DNA of 64,000 nt from Convolutriloba macropyga (Eukaryota). Shown in pieces: positions 1 through 14,601 of the stretch (within the stretch, counting starts at the first letter, position 1; the number at the start of each line of letters is the position of its first letter). The translations under genes and the position numbers were made by a program. The notes under the pieces were generated by a model. That model was not told the DNA's origin, searched no databases, and saw only the letters and a list, made by a program, of their open reading frames with translations. The DNA is taken from positions 47,430,001 to 47,494,000 of the forward strand of contig NC_134469.1 in assembly GCF_964194025.1 (NCBI RefSeq), written 5' to 3'.

Positions 1-3000
1 TCTGTGGATGGCCATGAGAAGGCAATTGGTTGTTAGGTCATGTCATACTTCTAGGTGGATAGTTCTGGTGACCAGACATATAAACAAGCAGGCGCAGTGC
101 ATCTGAGTGCCCTCTCTTTTGTCCTCAATGTAGAAAGTTCTAACTATGACCATTCCTGTAATGAAGAAAGGGTACTGCTTGTTTACATCTGTATTTCTGA
201 ATTCAGGCAGATCAGCCATCTTCGGTCTCATTTTGTTTGCCTTCCATGGTCTGCAATTGAAACAGTATTTCCCCAGACTTTTCAGCACTTTTCTCGATCC
301 AATCATCAGGAAAGTTTGTTGCAGTTTAACTTTCACATGTTTCACGCCCTGATGGCCACAGTCATGGTGCGCCTTTTCGACCAACAGACTTGTAATTCTG
401 CTGAAATGGAGAACGAGGGAATGTTTCGTAAAAAAGAATAGTGCTGCCTTGTTGAGTCTTCCTCCTACCCTCAAGAGTCCGTCATTATCTAGAAAGGTAG
501 TGAAGCGCATCCGTATTTCTCCTTTCTCAAGATTGCTTCCCTTCAAAAATGATGAAATTGTTACTGAGAAAAATGAGAAAAACACGTTTTGGGAGATCGT
601 GATGAGGTAGTGCCTTGCCCTGGTCTCATTTGATGCAAAATTGTGATTGTTGGAGATCTCAGAAGATTCGTTTTGTCTTCTCAGAGTTTTGCCTTGAAGC
701 GTCTTATTACCTGTAACACCTTTCTATTAGAGTTGAGTAGTCAACTCATGTTGAAAGTTTCTCAACCTCAATGACAGGCGTCTGAAGTTGTGCCGCTTGT
801 GTAGGTTATATGTGAGAATCACTGTCTTCGGCGAAACTCCAGAAACCTTGAGGCGTCTTCAAAAAGTCCTATGGTTCAAGCCACAGCTTTGGTATGTCTG
901 ACGGGGTGAGGCCTCGTGAGCCATGGTCAGCAGGATTCATCTTTCCAGGGATTTGTCTCCAGTTGTCTGGGTTGGAATGTTTGTGACTTTTGATCAATCT
1001 GTTGGCAATATACGTCTTATGTCTTTGCCTGGATTAGATCGATCCAAGTGTAGCAGTGCTGTCTGTCCAAAAATGCTTCGAATTTATGGTTGTTATCATC
1101 GCGCTCTCACAGAGATCAGCGAGCTCTGCTCCAAGTGTTGCCACTTCCAATTCCAGTTTTGGAATGCTCAGCTGCTTGATCGGTGTCACTTTCGATTTGC
1201 TGATCACATATCGCGATGGGAAATCCATCGGCCTTGGTTGTCTATAAAAACACTATGGAAGCAATTGCATTCATTGAGGCATCAGTGAACTTATGAAGTT
1301 GATGGGTTCCATTGGTGTTGAGAATCAAGCATCTAGACTTTGGATTTCAGTCATGCTGTGGAACTCAAACATCTACTCTTGTAGTTCCTGTCGGTAGCAT
1401 TCTAACACTGGTTGATCCCAGTTTTTCCGTGTTTAAAAATTTTCTGGAGAATGCACCTAATTATGGCGGCAAAAGGTGAGATCAGTCCAACTGGATCGAA
1501 AAGAGAAGCTGCCATTGAGAGCATTTTTCTGTCAGTCAGTTGTTGTCCTTTGTACAGAAGATTTGGTTTTGCGAAAATCCAGCTGTCAGTATTTGGGTCC
1601 CACGTCTGACCAAAAATTCTTTATGTTTTAATTTCTGCTTTGTTTTCTAGTAGGTTTTCTAATGTTGTTGGTTTGTTGCTTAGAAACTTTGTCAAATTGA
1701 ATCCTTCTGTCTGCAAAACAATTTTAATCTCCTTTGCACTTCCTCGGGCCTCCTCATCAGATAGGTCTGCATGAATTCAACCATGCAGAACTGCATTATT
1801 TATGTGTACGCCACTGGATGCTCCTTTTTGTGGTCATTTGCAGACCTCTGCAGTACCAAAATTGCACAAGAATGTTAATATGTGGCTGCAAAAATGAGTC
1901 GATTGTGTTTGAAGATCTTCTCATTGCCATCCTCTGTGCACAGAAAACGTAGATTGTCCTGGTCTTATGGTTGGATGCCAATCTGCATCAACATTTCCTT
2001 GATGTTCGCTGTGACTGCTACTGAGTACTGTCTGAAGCAGAGAAGAAGGCCATCCAGGTTGCAAAGTTGATCCGGCCGTGTCAGCAATGCATAATTGAGT
2101 GTGAGATTCCCTTTTTAATGTGAAGCAGCGTGTGTGACTGTGCGGATTTTGTTTTGCTTGTGTTTGTTGATCACTGGGTGAGGAGAAAGGTACCAAACAA
2201 GAGTGTCTGCAACTGGGATCTGCAGTTCTTATATAGTTTTTATCCAAATCTTTTGATTGTTTCCTCGTAGCCGTCTCTCAAACTTGTGTCCCTCTCCAAT
2301 TTCTATTGCAGAGCATGCCGCTGAACTTTGGCCATACAGTAGTTGTTCGGGAATGTGATGTCTTTCTGCCATGGAAGTCCAATCCGATATTTGTCACCAA
2401 TGTGTTTTATGGTATCATTGAGGATGGACAGAGCCACTTCGTCATCTGAAGACAGTCCCTTGGAAGAACACTGATTGAAGTTCACAGCTTCAATTGTTCA
2501 AAAAAACTGGAGAAGTTCTTCATCTGGATCGTCTTGTCGTCTCTTGATACGATTGGAAAGTGCTATTCATGTGTTGTTTGATTGTCCAGCCCTCTTCTGC
2601 GGTTATCTCTGAGGAATTTGCCCCGTCAGTGTCCAACCAAGCAGAGTGTTGACTCCGTATTGGGTGCCAATGGGTCCAGATAAACACTGTCTATGAACTG
2701 TTGCTTAGAATGCATCTGCTCCGATTAGTACTCCTATCTGGTTGTCCCTGATTGCTTGAAAACTTATGTTGTGGAGGTGAGAATTGTCTCTGTAGAACTT
2801 ATTCAACATTCTTATTTTAAATCTTGGCGTCCGAAACTCCTCCATTGCTGTTGCGTACACAGGAAATCTGATCAAAGACAACTGCTGCACAAAGCACCTA
2901 TTCCGACCAAGGCATCTGCTGTTTTAACTGAGAGTTCATCGTGAAGTGAAGCTTCTTTGGGTTGCTGAACTTGAAGTGCATCGGCAATCTTTTGTGTTAT

Positions 3001-5609
3001 TTGTGTATTGTTATTGCCACTGTGCAGCAGTGCGTATATTTTAAGGCAGCGATCTTTGTTGAAAAGTGTTACTGGTATCACCTGAAACTGTATCGCCGGT
3101 CTGATCTAAGTAGTTCCCTGTTGCTTGATGCAAATGTAGTTTTGTTGCAGAGGCGTTGCCTGCTGTTGGGCTGAATGGTATTCTGCTGTCTGTTGTTGTT
3201 GTTGCTCTGCGTGTTCATCGGCTGAGAGTGAAAACCATTTTTATTCCAGTTGCCCCTGTGTAAAGAGCTGCTGTTAGATCTAATTTGTCTGTTCTGGTTT
3301 CCATTCTGTTGCTTGTAGTTTGAACTCGTCTGTTGCATTTGGTTTTCATTATTAAAGTTAGGTCCATAGTTCGACTGGTTTTGGTTCGTTTGGTTTCAGA
3401 AGATATTATTTTGAGAGATTTCATTCCAGTTCCCACTTGGTTGTGCATTTTGTTGCTGCTGCCCTGCATCTGTCCTATGGAGTGTAGAGTGATGGAAGCC
3501 TATGCATCCGTCCACTAAGCATCTTGTTTCGGATTGACAGAGGCCCTTTCGTGAGCTCTTACGCAGTTTGGGCAGAGATTGTACCTCCTCACACAAGCCT
3601 GTCGGTCTTACACTCATTTTTCCAAGTATTTGGGGGCATCGACCAGTGTGGTGGTGTTGCGAGCAGTGTTGACATGACACATCAGTTGGTTCTCTCCTGT
3701 GCGCTGGATTCCTGTGCGCTGATTTCATCTGTTTATCATGGTAGCGTCCAGTCTGTCACTGGCCATTCTCAATACGGCTGAAGACTTGAAGTCAGTTCGA
3801 AGTTGTGAACCCGGAAGGTTTGAACCGGTCTTCACTAGAAAGAGGAGAAGCTCACAAAAGTGTTTGGTTCGTCTAATCTGGGTTTAGGCCGCTTCTCCAA
3901 TTGATCCAGGTAAGCAGTGACAAGTTGTTTGCCGAATTTCCTGGTCAGCTCAGTGATGGCTTCATGGTTGTAGTCACCATTGTAGGAGTATCCACTAATG
4001 GAAATTCTTGCATTATGAGTTGGAGAGCTTTGAAGATATGTCATTTTTGTGCATCTGAGAGGCCAATGTGGTGCGAGTGGTTGCTTAGAAGAAACTGAAC
4101 CACTGTTGCCATCTCAAAGGATCACCTATGAAATTATCGTTTGATAACACAGGCAAACTCAATGTATTCTGGAACATCAGTGCTTGGCGTTACATCCAGT
4201 CCGATGGAGAACTCGGGAAACTCGGGAAGCCATTGTATAGGTTGTTGTTGTAGCCGTTGTTATAGAGTCCATCAAATCCTCAACAAAAGTGCAGTGGTTG
4301 CTGATTGCTTTCGGGCTGTGTACCTATTCCTCATGGTCGGACCAGCTTGGCTATTGCTGTGAAAAGAAACTGGTTGTTGGGATCGCCCTGCTCTGCTATT
4401 GTCAGTCTCATGTCGGCTCTGTCTTCGAACATGGTTCTCTACTCTCGATCGACTTGATATTTGCCAGCCTTCGTCTGTTCTCAATGCCCCAGAGAGAAAT
4501 TCAATGTTCTCTCCTCTCTCTCTCTCTCTCTCTTTCTCTCTTCAATGGTCAGAATGGGTTGAGAACTATCGAGGTCTTCTGAGTCGGACGAGACAGCGAT
4601 GTCAGTTTCCTGATTGTTGCGGCTTGCAACCTGATGTTTCAGTGCTCTATTGCCTAAAGGGTTTTGTTCTCTCAGTAGAGTAGGTGAAAGCGCTTGTGAT
4701 GTGTTCAAAGCAGATTCAGTGTTACTTTCATCCGTTCTGTGTGCTTTTGCTCCCTGTTTGCATTTCAGCATGGTTGTTGCTTTCGGCAGATTACTTAGCA
4801 AGTGTTGTCAAATCTTCACTTGTTAGCTGTAGCTTCATGGGTTCACTGCAAATTCTGTCTAACTGCTCTTTCTGTGACCTCAAGAGATCCAAAGTTTCAG
4901 GTAGTATGCTTAGACTTTCGTTACTATTGCTTTGTTGTTCAAAGTGGTCTAGTACTTGCGTTCCACTCCATTAACTTTAGCTGGTGTTGTTGCTTGAGGC
5001 TGTTCTTTGCTGTTGATGCTTTGGGCTTGTTTGGCTTGTTGACCATTTAAGAAGACTGTGTTGACTGTGTCTTACTTCACAAAGTTCATACTGCCCTGCT
5101 ACTGCACTATGTTTCCTTGTAACAGCTCTATTCTTGATTTTGTTCTGTTAAACCTATTATTTAAATGAGGCTGCTGTTTATTGCGCTCATCTTAGCCTTT
5201 TGTAAAATGGTTTTCTGCTATATTTGCTTGTCGCTATCACTCCTCAGTGATGTTTGATAGAGATGTGATGCTTCACTAATCAGACGTTTTACGGAATCAA
5301 ATCTTTTCACTAATCAGTGAAATTCGTACAAAGTTAAATAAATGTGATCTTTGTTCGGTTGCCTTTTTGTTTTTTGAGAGCGACAGAAAGAACTCTAACT
5401 CTGTGGTAGCCCAATTTGATTAATGTGTGTGTCTACTGACACTGGTGGGCGGGGGGTAACTTCGTTTCTATGAACTTTAATGAAGCAAGGGCATACTAGG
5501 CCTTGGAACTAACCATAATTCAGTGTGTTAGCGGTGCTTTACCTTTCACTTAGAGGACATACTCCTTTCTTTCAAAACTAATGCAGAATTAGAGATAACT
5601 ATATTGATC
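1..5609 (-). mobile_element. Decayed BEL/Pao LTR retrotransposon (gag-protease-RT-RNaseH-integrase), continuing off the left edge
   Basis: Frameshifted minus-strand fragments in BEL order: gag-like YLQS..ISGYSYNGDYNHEAITELTRKFG (3835-4044); Cys/His knuckles CQHCSQHHHTGRC and CLVDGCIGFHHSTLH (3396-3728); protease YALLHSG (catalytic D changed to H, ~3030); RT pieces ANIKEMLMQI (~1990), GFNLTKFLSN (~1690), FDPVGLISPF (~1485); RNaseH SKSKVTPIKQLSIPKLEL and FWTDS (1034-1228); integrase DGLLRVGGRL, HHDCGH..CFNC, PF..TG, CLVTRTIHLE (43-585). Confidence 0.92.
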
Positions 5610-8600
5610 AGTGGTTGTTCGGGAGTGTGATGTCTTTCTGCCATGGAAGTCCAATCCGATATTTGTCACCAATGTGTTTTATGGTATCATTGAGGATGGA
5701 CAGAGCCTCTTCGTCATCTGAAGACAGTCCCTTGGAAGAACACTGATTGAAGTTCACAGCTTCAATTGTTCAAAAAAACTGGAGAAGTTCTTCATCTGCA
5801 TCATCTTGTCGTCTCTTGATACGATTGGAAAGTGCTATTCATGTGTTGTTTGATTGTCCAGCCCTCTTCTGCGGTTATCTCTGAGGAATTTGCCCCGTCA
5901 GTGTCCAACCAAGCAGAGTGTTGACTCCGTATTGGGTGCCAATGGGTCCAGATAAACACTGTCTGTGAACTGTTGCTTAGAATGCATCTGCTCCGATTAG
6001 TACTCCTATCCGGTTGTCCCTGATTGTTGGAAAACTTATGTTGTGGGGTGAGAATTGTCTCTGTAGAACTTATTCAACATTCTTATTTTAAATCTTGGCG
6101 TCCGAAACTCCTCCATTGCTGTTGCGTACACAGGAATTCTGATCAAAGACAACTGCTGCACAAAGCACCTATTCCGACCAAGGCATCTGCTGTTTTAACT
6201 GATAGTTCATCGTGAAGTGAAGCTAGTGGTAGTGTTACTTCTTTGGGTTGCTGAACTTGAAGTGCATCGGCAATCTTTTGTGTTATTTGTGTATTGTTAT
6301 TGCCACTGTGCAGCAGTGCGTATATTTTAAGGCAGCGATCTTTGTTGAAAAGTGTTACTGGTATCACCTGAAACTGTATCGCCGGTCTGATCTAAGTAGT
6401 TCCCTGTTGCTTGATGCAAATGTAGTTTTGTTGCAGAGGCGTTGCCTGCTGTTGGGCTGAATGGTATTCTGCTGTCTGTTGTTGTTGTTGCTCTGCGTGT
6501 TCATCGGCTGAGAGTGAAAACCATTTTTATTCCAGTTGCCCCTGTGTAAAGAGCTGCTGTTAGATCTAATTTGTCTGTTCTGGTTTCCATTCTGTTGCTT
6601 GTAGTTTGAACTCGTCTGTTGCATTTGGTTTTCATTATTAAAGTTAGGTCCATAGTTCGACTGGTTTTGGTTCGTTTGGTTTCAGAAGATACTATTTTGA
6701 GAGATTTCAGTCCAGTTCCCACTTGGTTGTGCATTTTGTTGCTGCTGCCTTGCATCTGTCCTATGGAGTGTAGAGTGATGGAAGCCTATGCATCCGTCCA
6801 CTAAGCATCTTGTTTCGGATTGACATAGGCCCTTTCGTGAGCTCTTACGCAGTTTGGGCAGAGATTGTACCTCCTCACACAAGCCTGTCGGTCTTACACT
6901 CATTTTTCCAAGTATTTGGGGGCATCGACCAGTGTTGTGGTTTTGCGAGCAGAGTTGACATGACACATCAGTTGGTTCTCTCCTGTGCGCTGGATTCCTG
7001 TGCGCTGATTTCATCTGTTTATCATGGTAGCGTCCAGTCTGTCACTGGCCATTCTCAAGACGGCTGAAGACTTGAAGTCAGTTCGAAGTTGTGAACCAGG
7101 AAGGTTTGAACCGGTCTTCACTAGAAAGAGGAGAAGCTCACAAAAGTGTTTGGTTCGTCTAATCTGGGTTTAGGCCGCTTCTCCAATTGATCCAGGTAAG
7201 CAGTGACAAGTTGTTTGCCGAATTTCCTGGTCAGCTCAGTGATGGCTTCATGGTTGTAGTCACCATTGTAGGAGTATCCACTAATGGAAATTCTTGCATT
7301 ATGAGTTGGAGAGCTTTGAAGATATGTCATTTTTGTGCATCTGAGAGGCCAATGTTGTGCGAGTGGTTGCTTAGAAGAAACTGAACCACTGTTGCCATCT
7401 CAAAGGATCACCTATGAAATTATCGTTTGATAACTTAGGCAAACTCAATGTGTTCTGGAACATCAGTGCTTGGCGTTACATCCAGTCCGATGGAGAACTC
7501 GGGAAACTCGGGAAGCCATTATATAGGTTGTTGTTGTAGCCGTTGTTATAGAGTCCATCAAATCCTCAACAAAAGTGCAGTGGTTGCTGATTGCTTTCGG
7601 GCTGTGTACCTATGCCTCATGGTCGGACCAGCTTGGCTATTGCTGTGAAAAGAAACTGGTTGTCAGTCTCATGTCGGCTCTGTCTTCGAACATGGTTCTC
7701 TACTCTCGATCGACTTGATATTTGCTAGCCTTCGTCTGTTCTCAATGCCCCAGAGAGAAATTCAATGTTCTCTCCTCTCTCTCTCTCTCTTTCTCTCTCT
7801 TCAATGTTCAGAATGGGTTGAGAACTATCGAGGTCTTCTGAGTCGGACGACACAGCGATGTCAGTTTCCTGATTGTTGCGGCTTGCAACCTGATGTTTCA
7901 GTGCTCTATTGCCTAAAGGGTTTTGTTCTCTCAGTAGAGTAGGTAAAAGCGCTTGTGATGTGTTCAAAGCAGATTCAGTGTTACTTTCATCCGTTCTGTG
8001 TGCTTTTGCTCCCTGTTTGCATTTCAGCATGGTTGTTGCTTTCGGCAGATTACTTAGCAAGTGTTGTCAAATCTTCACTTGCTAGCTGTAGCTTCATGGG
8101 TTCACTGCAAATTCTGTCTAACTGCTCTTTCTGTGACCTCAAGAGATCCAAAGTTTCAGGTAGTATGCTTAGACTTTCGTTACTATTGCTTTGTTGTTCA
8201 AAGTGGTCTAGTACTTGCGTTCCACTCCATTAACTTTAGCTGGAGTTGTTGCTTGAGGCTGTTTTTTGCTGTTGATGCTTTGGGCTTGTTTGGCTTGTTG
8301 ACCAATTAAGAAGACTGTGTTGACTGTGTCTTACTTCACAAAGTTCATACTGCCCTGCTACTGCACTATGTTTCCTTGTAACAGCTCTATTCTTGATTTT
8401 GTTCTGTTAAACCTATTATTTAAATGAGGCTGCTGTTTATTGCGCTCATCTTAGCCTTTTGTTAAAAGATTTTTCTGCTATATTTGCTTGTCGCTATCAC
8501 TCCTCAGTGATGTTTGATAGAGATGTGATGCTTCACTAATCAGACGTTTTACAGAATCAAATCTTTTCACTAATCAGTGAAATTCGTACAAAGTTAAATA

Positions 8601-8876
8601 AATGTGATCTTTGTTCGGTTGCCTTTTTGTTTTTTGAGAGCGACAGAAAGAACTCTAACCTGTGGTAGCCCACTTTTGATTAATGTGTGTGTCTACTGAC
8701 ACTGGTGGGCGGGGGGTAACTTCGTTTCTATGAACTTTAATGAAGCAAGGGCATACTAGGCCTTGGAACTAACCATAACTCAGTGTGTGTTAGCGGTGCT
8801 TTACCTTTCACTTAGAGGACCTACTCCTTTCTTTCAAAACTAATGCAGAATTAGAGATAACTATATTGATCCAACA
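5609..8876 (-). mobile_element. Tandem second copy of the 5' part (putative LTR, gag, protease) of the same BEL/Pao element
   Basis: 5609-8871 matches 2337-5609 nearly base for base (paired ORFs 3078/6364, 3835/7121, 4802/8061). Ends ...ATATTGATCCAACA at 8876, i.e. minus-strand TGTTGGATC, an LTR-like TG start. Inner LTR boundary not determined. Confidence 0.88.
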
Positions 8877-10132
8877 ATTCCTAGACGCCTATTAAAACCC
8901 AGCCTTCGGAATGAGACATTCAAATAATTCAAAGTAAGGCTAGCCCATCTATCGTGACTAGGCATCCCACGCAAGCATCCTTCTCAGTAGAAGTCTAATC
9001 TCAGTCTCACTTCTAGGGGCAGATTAAAAATCAGTTGGATCTTTTGTGATTGTGATATTTTTCATTAAAATTTGTGAAGTTAATTTAAGAAGTTCCCCCT
9101 TAAAAAAATTCCAAGTCTGAGTCGAGCAAGGTTCAATGTCAATTTTTGACCCTAGGATACGCCAAAAAGTGTTAATGCTCTTCGGCCTAAGTCTTCTATA
9201 CCAAGACAACTTTTCAACAATTTTTGTTTTTCTGAGAGTCGCACTCATGATAGCAAGTCAAGCTCTATATATACGTTACAAATCGCGCCATTGGCACACA
9301 AGTTATGGACAAAAACGGGAAATCCTTTACTATAAATAATATAGGAAGTGAATGTCTTCCTGACATTCAATAAAATGACCCCTTCTGATTTCTTCAATAA
9401 AATCAACGAATATCAAGAGCATCAATGGAAATAGATTGGGGGATGGAAATCAGGAAATGACAGGGTTTGGAATAACAGAAATGTATGTGGGGGAAGAAAT
9501 TGTGTGTGTGGGGGAGAAAATGTTCAATGGAACTTGGTTCTTTTACAACCTGTGAAGTGGTCACGGCCGAAAAGGCGCACAAGAACGAGAAAGCTCTCCC
9601 TTGTTATTGTTTTCTTTTCAGCTGACAGTTTTTGATTCTGAAATTTCGTCTTACTGAATTTATATTTAACACCGAGTAAACTAACTGACAATGGTAAGAG
9701 ATTTTTGTGCTGGTCTGATCGTAATAATTGATTAGCGTTGTCACTCAGCAATACTCCGGCAACGTCAGAGCAAAAACATTTGATGGACAGTTTAAAGTTA
9801 AATTTAAACTTACAACAGCGAGTTAATTATCTTAAACAATTGTCAAGCAGCGTATATTTTATGATGAGAAGCTGCAAATAGTTCATAGAACTCGATAAAA
9901 TAATAATCATTAAACAAAAGTCTTACTTGAACTTCGTATCTCTTCAAAGTAAAGTTAATTTTCTCTTATATTAACTGTGCAAAAGTTAATCGACCAAGTT
10001 TTCTGTCACACGTTCTATGTATATATATTTTTACAATTTTGACCCTTTTCAATATCTGTTTGTAATAAGCAAAAGGTGCATTCTGTAATTTCAAAACTGA
10101 CTTCCAAACCGCACGTTGTTACAGTAAGGAAC

Positions 10133-10296
10133 ATGGCCGCATCTGTTAGGAAAACTTTAATTTCAGCGGCAATCTCAATTCCTTCATTGTGTATTCTGCT
10201 TCAATACATTTACTTTGAAAGTGTGATTTATAATCTATCTTTACCACAAAACCGAAATTTGTTAATGCATCGGAACCTAACCCAACAACCAACTGC
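10133..10296 (+). CDS. Galactose-3-O-sulfotransferase-like gene, exon 1 (type II membrane anchor)
   Basis: ATG 10133, MAASVRKTLISAAISIPSLCILLQYIYF hydrophobic anchor; consensus donor GTAAGT at 10297; phase 2 matches exon 2. Confidence 0.65.
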
Positions 10297-13200
10297 GTAA
10301 GTAACAGGAGCTTTGGCAACCGTTTATTTTAATGACCGGATTTCACGGGAATGGATTTACAACGGGTTGTTTTACGCTTGACTCGCATATCTCGCAATAA
10401 TTACTAAAATTAACTAGAAAGTGACCAAATTTACAAGCAAAAAAGCTCAAAACTCGACTTGAAATTATATGAAGTGGGACACCTCAAAGTGGTAAACCGT
10501 GGTTTATCCAGCAGTGGTTACTTGAACTTGTGCTTAAAATTAGCAAAAAAATCTCTCTTGGCGAGCAGTTTTCTCATAACAAGAAAGTTGTATATCAGCT
10601 TGAAGCTAATGTTAAGTACTCTTGAAAGCCGTAAGAACGACAGCCAGATAAGAAGGAATCCAACGAAGTATCACACAAGTTTAACAAATTAAACACAACT
10701 TTGTGTCGGAATCTCCTTGTGGTAGTGGCCAACTGTTAGTTCCGTAAGCTTGCTAAATTTTTGCTTTAATTTTGCGCAGCTTTCTGCTAAGTTGTTTCAA
10801 GTGCGGCGTACTGGAGAAATACCCCAGTTTTAACAAATTTTTGACATTAGTTGTATTCAAAAATGTTTCCGTTGAGTTTTTAGCTATTTCCGTTACTGTA
10901 GTTGTTTTCGTTGTTCTGTCTCATGGTATTTTTTCTAATCTAACTGTTTTAACAATATTGACGCCCCTATTTTCAAAAAAATATGAGTGATGGTTATTTT
11001 TCCCGATTTTTGTTGTTCTGTCAGTTAGTCTAATTAATAGCTCTCATTTTCCTTAAAATTACAAAAGCCTAAATTTCCTTTTCTTTAAAGATTTTAAATT
11101 TTAAAAGAATTTTATTGCATAAGACCCCATTTGTCTTTGCTCTCCAATTTTCCTTTTTGCTCGTCGCCAACACGTTTTGTTTCTTTTGTCTCGCGTTCCT
11201 TTATCTGCTTTAATAAAAGCGGATATACGCTTTTGGGATGATGAATTTTTTAAAGATTCCGAATTCCAGTTGAGTGACACAATGACTTCGAAGCCATTTC
11301 TTTTCAACCTATTGGTATAAATGGATTTTTGTTAAAAGTCATGTATCCTGTACTTTGTCTCATTGGTTTTCCACAAAATTGTCTGAAACCCATGAAACGA
11401 AGATTTATTAGAATCACATTTTTGAACCGTATATTTTTTTCACATACCTACTCTCTAAAGAAATTGGAATAAAAAATAGATTGTTTTTTTTCGTAATGTT
11501 TCGTTTACTTTGTGCATAAGACTTGTAAGTTATCAAAAGCTGCCCTTCTAAGAAGTTCAATAGATAGCATTTTATGTTGTCGAATTCTTTGAACTGTAGT
11601 TTATGATTTGTGCTGTTATGTTTTTTACTTTGTTAAACAAAGATTGATTGATTTATCCAATGTCGCTACTTGTTCTATATTCTTCAAGTCATTTGGACTT
11701 TGCTATACTGGTTACAGTCTTCACTCATTCGTCTCAACGCCCTTTTAAGCATCAATTGCTAATCAGATCAACCTGAAAAATAGACTTAAAATCGAAAAAC
11801 AATCGGAAACAAAAGCGCCATAAACGCATGTCAAAATAAACTCAATGAACTTTTGAATTTAAAAACTTATTCTTCATCGGATTCAGTTTTTTACTTCTAG
11901 TTTTTCCTGAAAATGAAGGAACACATACAAATTCAAAAAATTTTCATTGAATAATTTCCTGTACTCAATGCATTAGGAATTTAAAACACCTCTCAAATTC
12001 TTGTTTTTTGAACAATTTAGGTTGCTTTTTAGCTTATCATGCTATCAGGTCCTCCAGGGTAATGTTGGAGGTCTGTGTTTATCTTTATCGGCTAATCAAA
12101 AACTGCAAGCTTGATAAGTGTTGAAATTTCACGACCCAAAGATTATAGACACAATTTTTACATTGCAAAAATCTTCCAATATTTCACTCGCCTTGTGTAG
12201 AATTTTGTATTTTGCTTAAGCGCCCAAAACTAACACATTGAAAGGGGTGTTTTGATGGCTCTCGGACTTCTATTGGAGTGTTCTTTTGTCCCCACGCTGC
12301 TCTCGTCGGCTGTAGGAAACTCGAGTTGGAATAATGATGAATTGAATTGAGTAATCAAATAACATCAAATAACTGAACAAAAAACGTAAAGAATCACAAA
12401 ATCAAATAAAAAACAACCAGAATTTTATTTAAAAAGCTGGTTCACAACTTTAACTTTGTAACCAAATTCACAACTAAAGAGCTACTATTCTCTCAATTCA
12501 ACAAGTTCTCAATTAAATCGCTTGATCTAACTTCGGTTCCCGGTGTTCTCAAGTGTTCTGATTTCCAATCGCGCAAACCACTGTTCTGAATTTATCAAGT
12601 CAATTCAACTCTCTTAACAAGGTTCTTGTTATCACAACTTCTCTACAGGTCAACTCCTAAGCTACAGCTGTTATTATGGCACTGTTTTGGTAATGTCGTT
12701 GATCTACTCCTTAGTAACTAATCAAGCAACAACGTACAAAAAAGTTCAAAAGAATCTGTTCACGTTGCATTACGGACCACATTAGCTATGCCTTTCCTAC
12801 CCAAAGTTTGTTACGACTTCAAAAGAACAAATGAATGACCTGAACGCCTTCCTTATACATTGATGACTTCCTTTCAAGCTATTCAAACTGAAACAAAGCA
12901 GTATCAGTCTCCTGACGCTACCAATTTAGCAATCGGTCAAACTATCAACTCAAGAACTTGACACTTAATTGGAAGTTTAAAACCCCCCACGGTATCTATA
13001 AAACAAATTCCCAAACATGACAACGATGGAACTTGCCCCGTGGTATGTACTAACTCCCTACCAAGTTTGATCACATTGAGTTAAATACCTGATGATAAAT
13101 AATTATTATATATTCGGTCCCCCTCAGAAAATCGATATTACACCCATTCAGCTCCTTTTCGTTCCGCAAATATCTGGTTTGACAAATGACTTTGATTTAC

Positions 13201-14601
13201 AATCCAACAGTCTTACTTACAATTTGTAGGGAACCGATTTTCGAAAATCAAGTTCTATCACTTTCAATTGCCACTGACACTTTTGTGAGAAAAGTAGGAT
13301 TTCCCAAATTCTAGACCTTGCAACCAGAGCGAACCAAACAAACTGTTCACACAATCAGAAATCGACCGTAGCAGTTGGTTAATGCTTCGCACCAATATGA
13401 TCGCATAGGTTACGTCACTCCGCTTGATCTCAATTAGAAAATCAGGCATCAACCGAGAAACGCGCAGAGGTTTGAAATGCCAGCCACAATTTTGAGGTGA
13501 CTTAAAGAAGAGTCACACAACCCCGCTTAAAACACGAAGTTGCAAGTTTGAACTTTGCTGCCATTGTTGGCCTTTTCTGATGGCACTGCAGAAAGCTGGC
13601 ATTTTGGGGCTTCCACCTGCGTGTTTCAATTAATTTTTCATGTAGCTTCTCAAAGCCATATATGGAGCAGGGTATGCTGCCCGTAATCAAAACTTATTTT
13701 TTTTTGTTTTGCAATATGTTTAATTTAAAAATCAGTCAGAGAAGGCAGATCACTGGTAACTTAAGCAATATTTTAGCTCGAAAACGAAAACTAAAAAACT
13801 GCTATTCGGTGTCAATCCAAGCTTTATTTAATTTTTAATTAAATTTGAAGAAATTGGTGTGAAAAAGATGGTTGTCATATTTCTCTTCCTGTTCAAATCT
13901 CAAACCGGATCTTCTTTGAGCTGCAACTGGAAAGATTCCTGGAATGCATCCATTTCTAGATCTTTTGTAACTCGTATTCTAGGAGAAGTGATAACAATAA
14001 TGATTAAACTTGCTGAAACGCTTTTTATTCTGAGAACAGTTCTCGACTAGATGTTCCCTAATTCAGCTTATCTCGGCAACCATTGTTCATATAACATGAA
14101 ACTTGAAATTTACATGACATGCGGACGTCCCTTCACATATCTCAAAGCTCTTCTACGACTGTCTTCAACTCTAATGGGACAGAGCATGTGTTCCTTCTGA
14201 AGAGCCCCCAATTACCCAAAATGCAGCCTTTTCCTAACAAATGAACTCACTTGCTACTATATTTAGTAAACATATCTGCTAGCTGCTATGAAACTTGAGA
14301 CTCGCCAAAAATCATATTATCTGTGATGCAAGATAGTCTGATTCCACTGACTCCACCTCTGACCAGAATCCCGTGCGGCGCTTGAATTCACCTCTGATCA
14401 GACTATCTTGCGTTCTTGAGGTTGCCCACACCATATAACTTTGAGCGTAGAATTCACAAGGTGCGCTCGAGTGGGCCTATCTGATCAGAACACAATTTGA
14501 TCTGCCACCTCGTCCTAGGTGAACTTAGGTCTCACAGTTTCCAACGAAAAACCTAATGATAAAATGGCAATTGAGAGTTTTCAAAAATTTTGCCTTTTTA
14601 G

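Noticed and set aside
8957-9346. Possible canonical Helitron on the minus strand (TCCTATATTATTTATAG start, CTAG end)
   Set aside because: No convincing 3' hairpin, no A|T target, single copy.
12230-12800. Possible solo LTR in sulfotransferase intron 1
   Set aside because: No defensible TG..CA boundaries or TSD.
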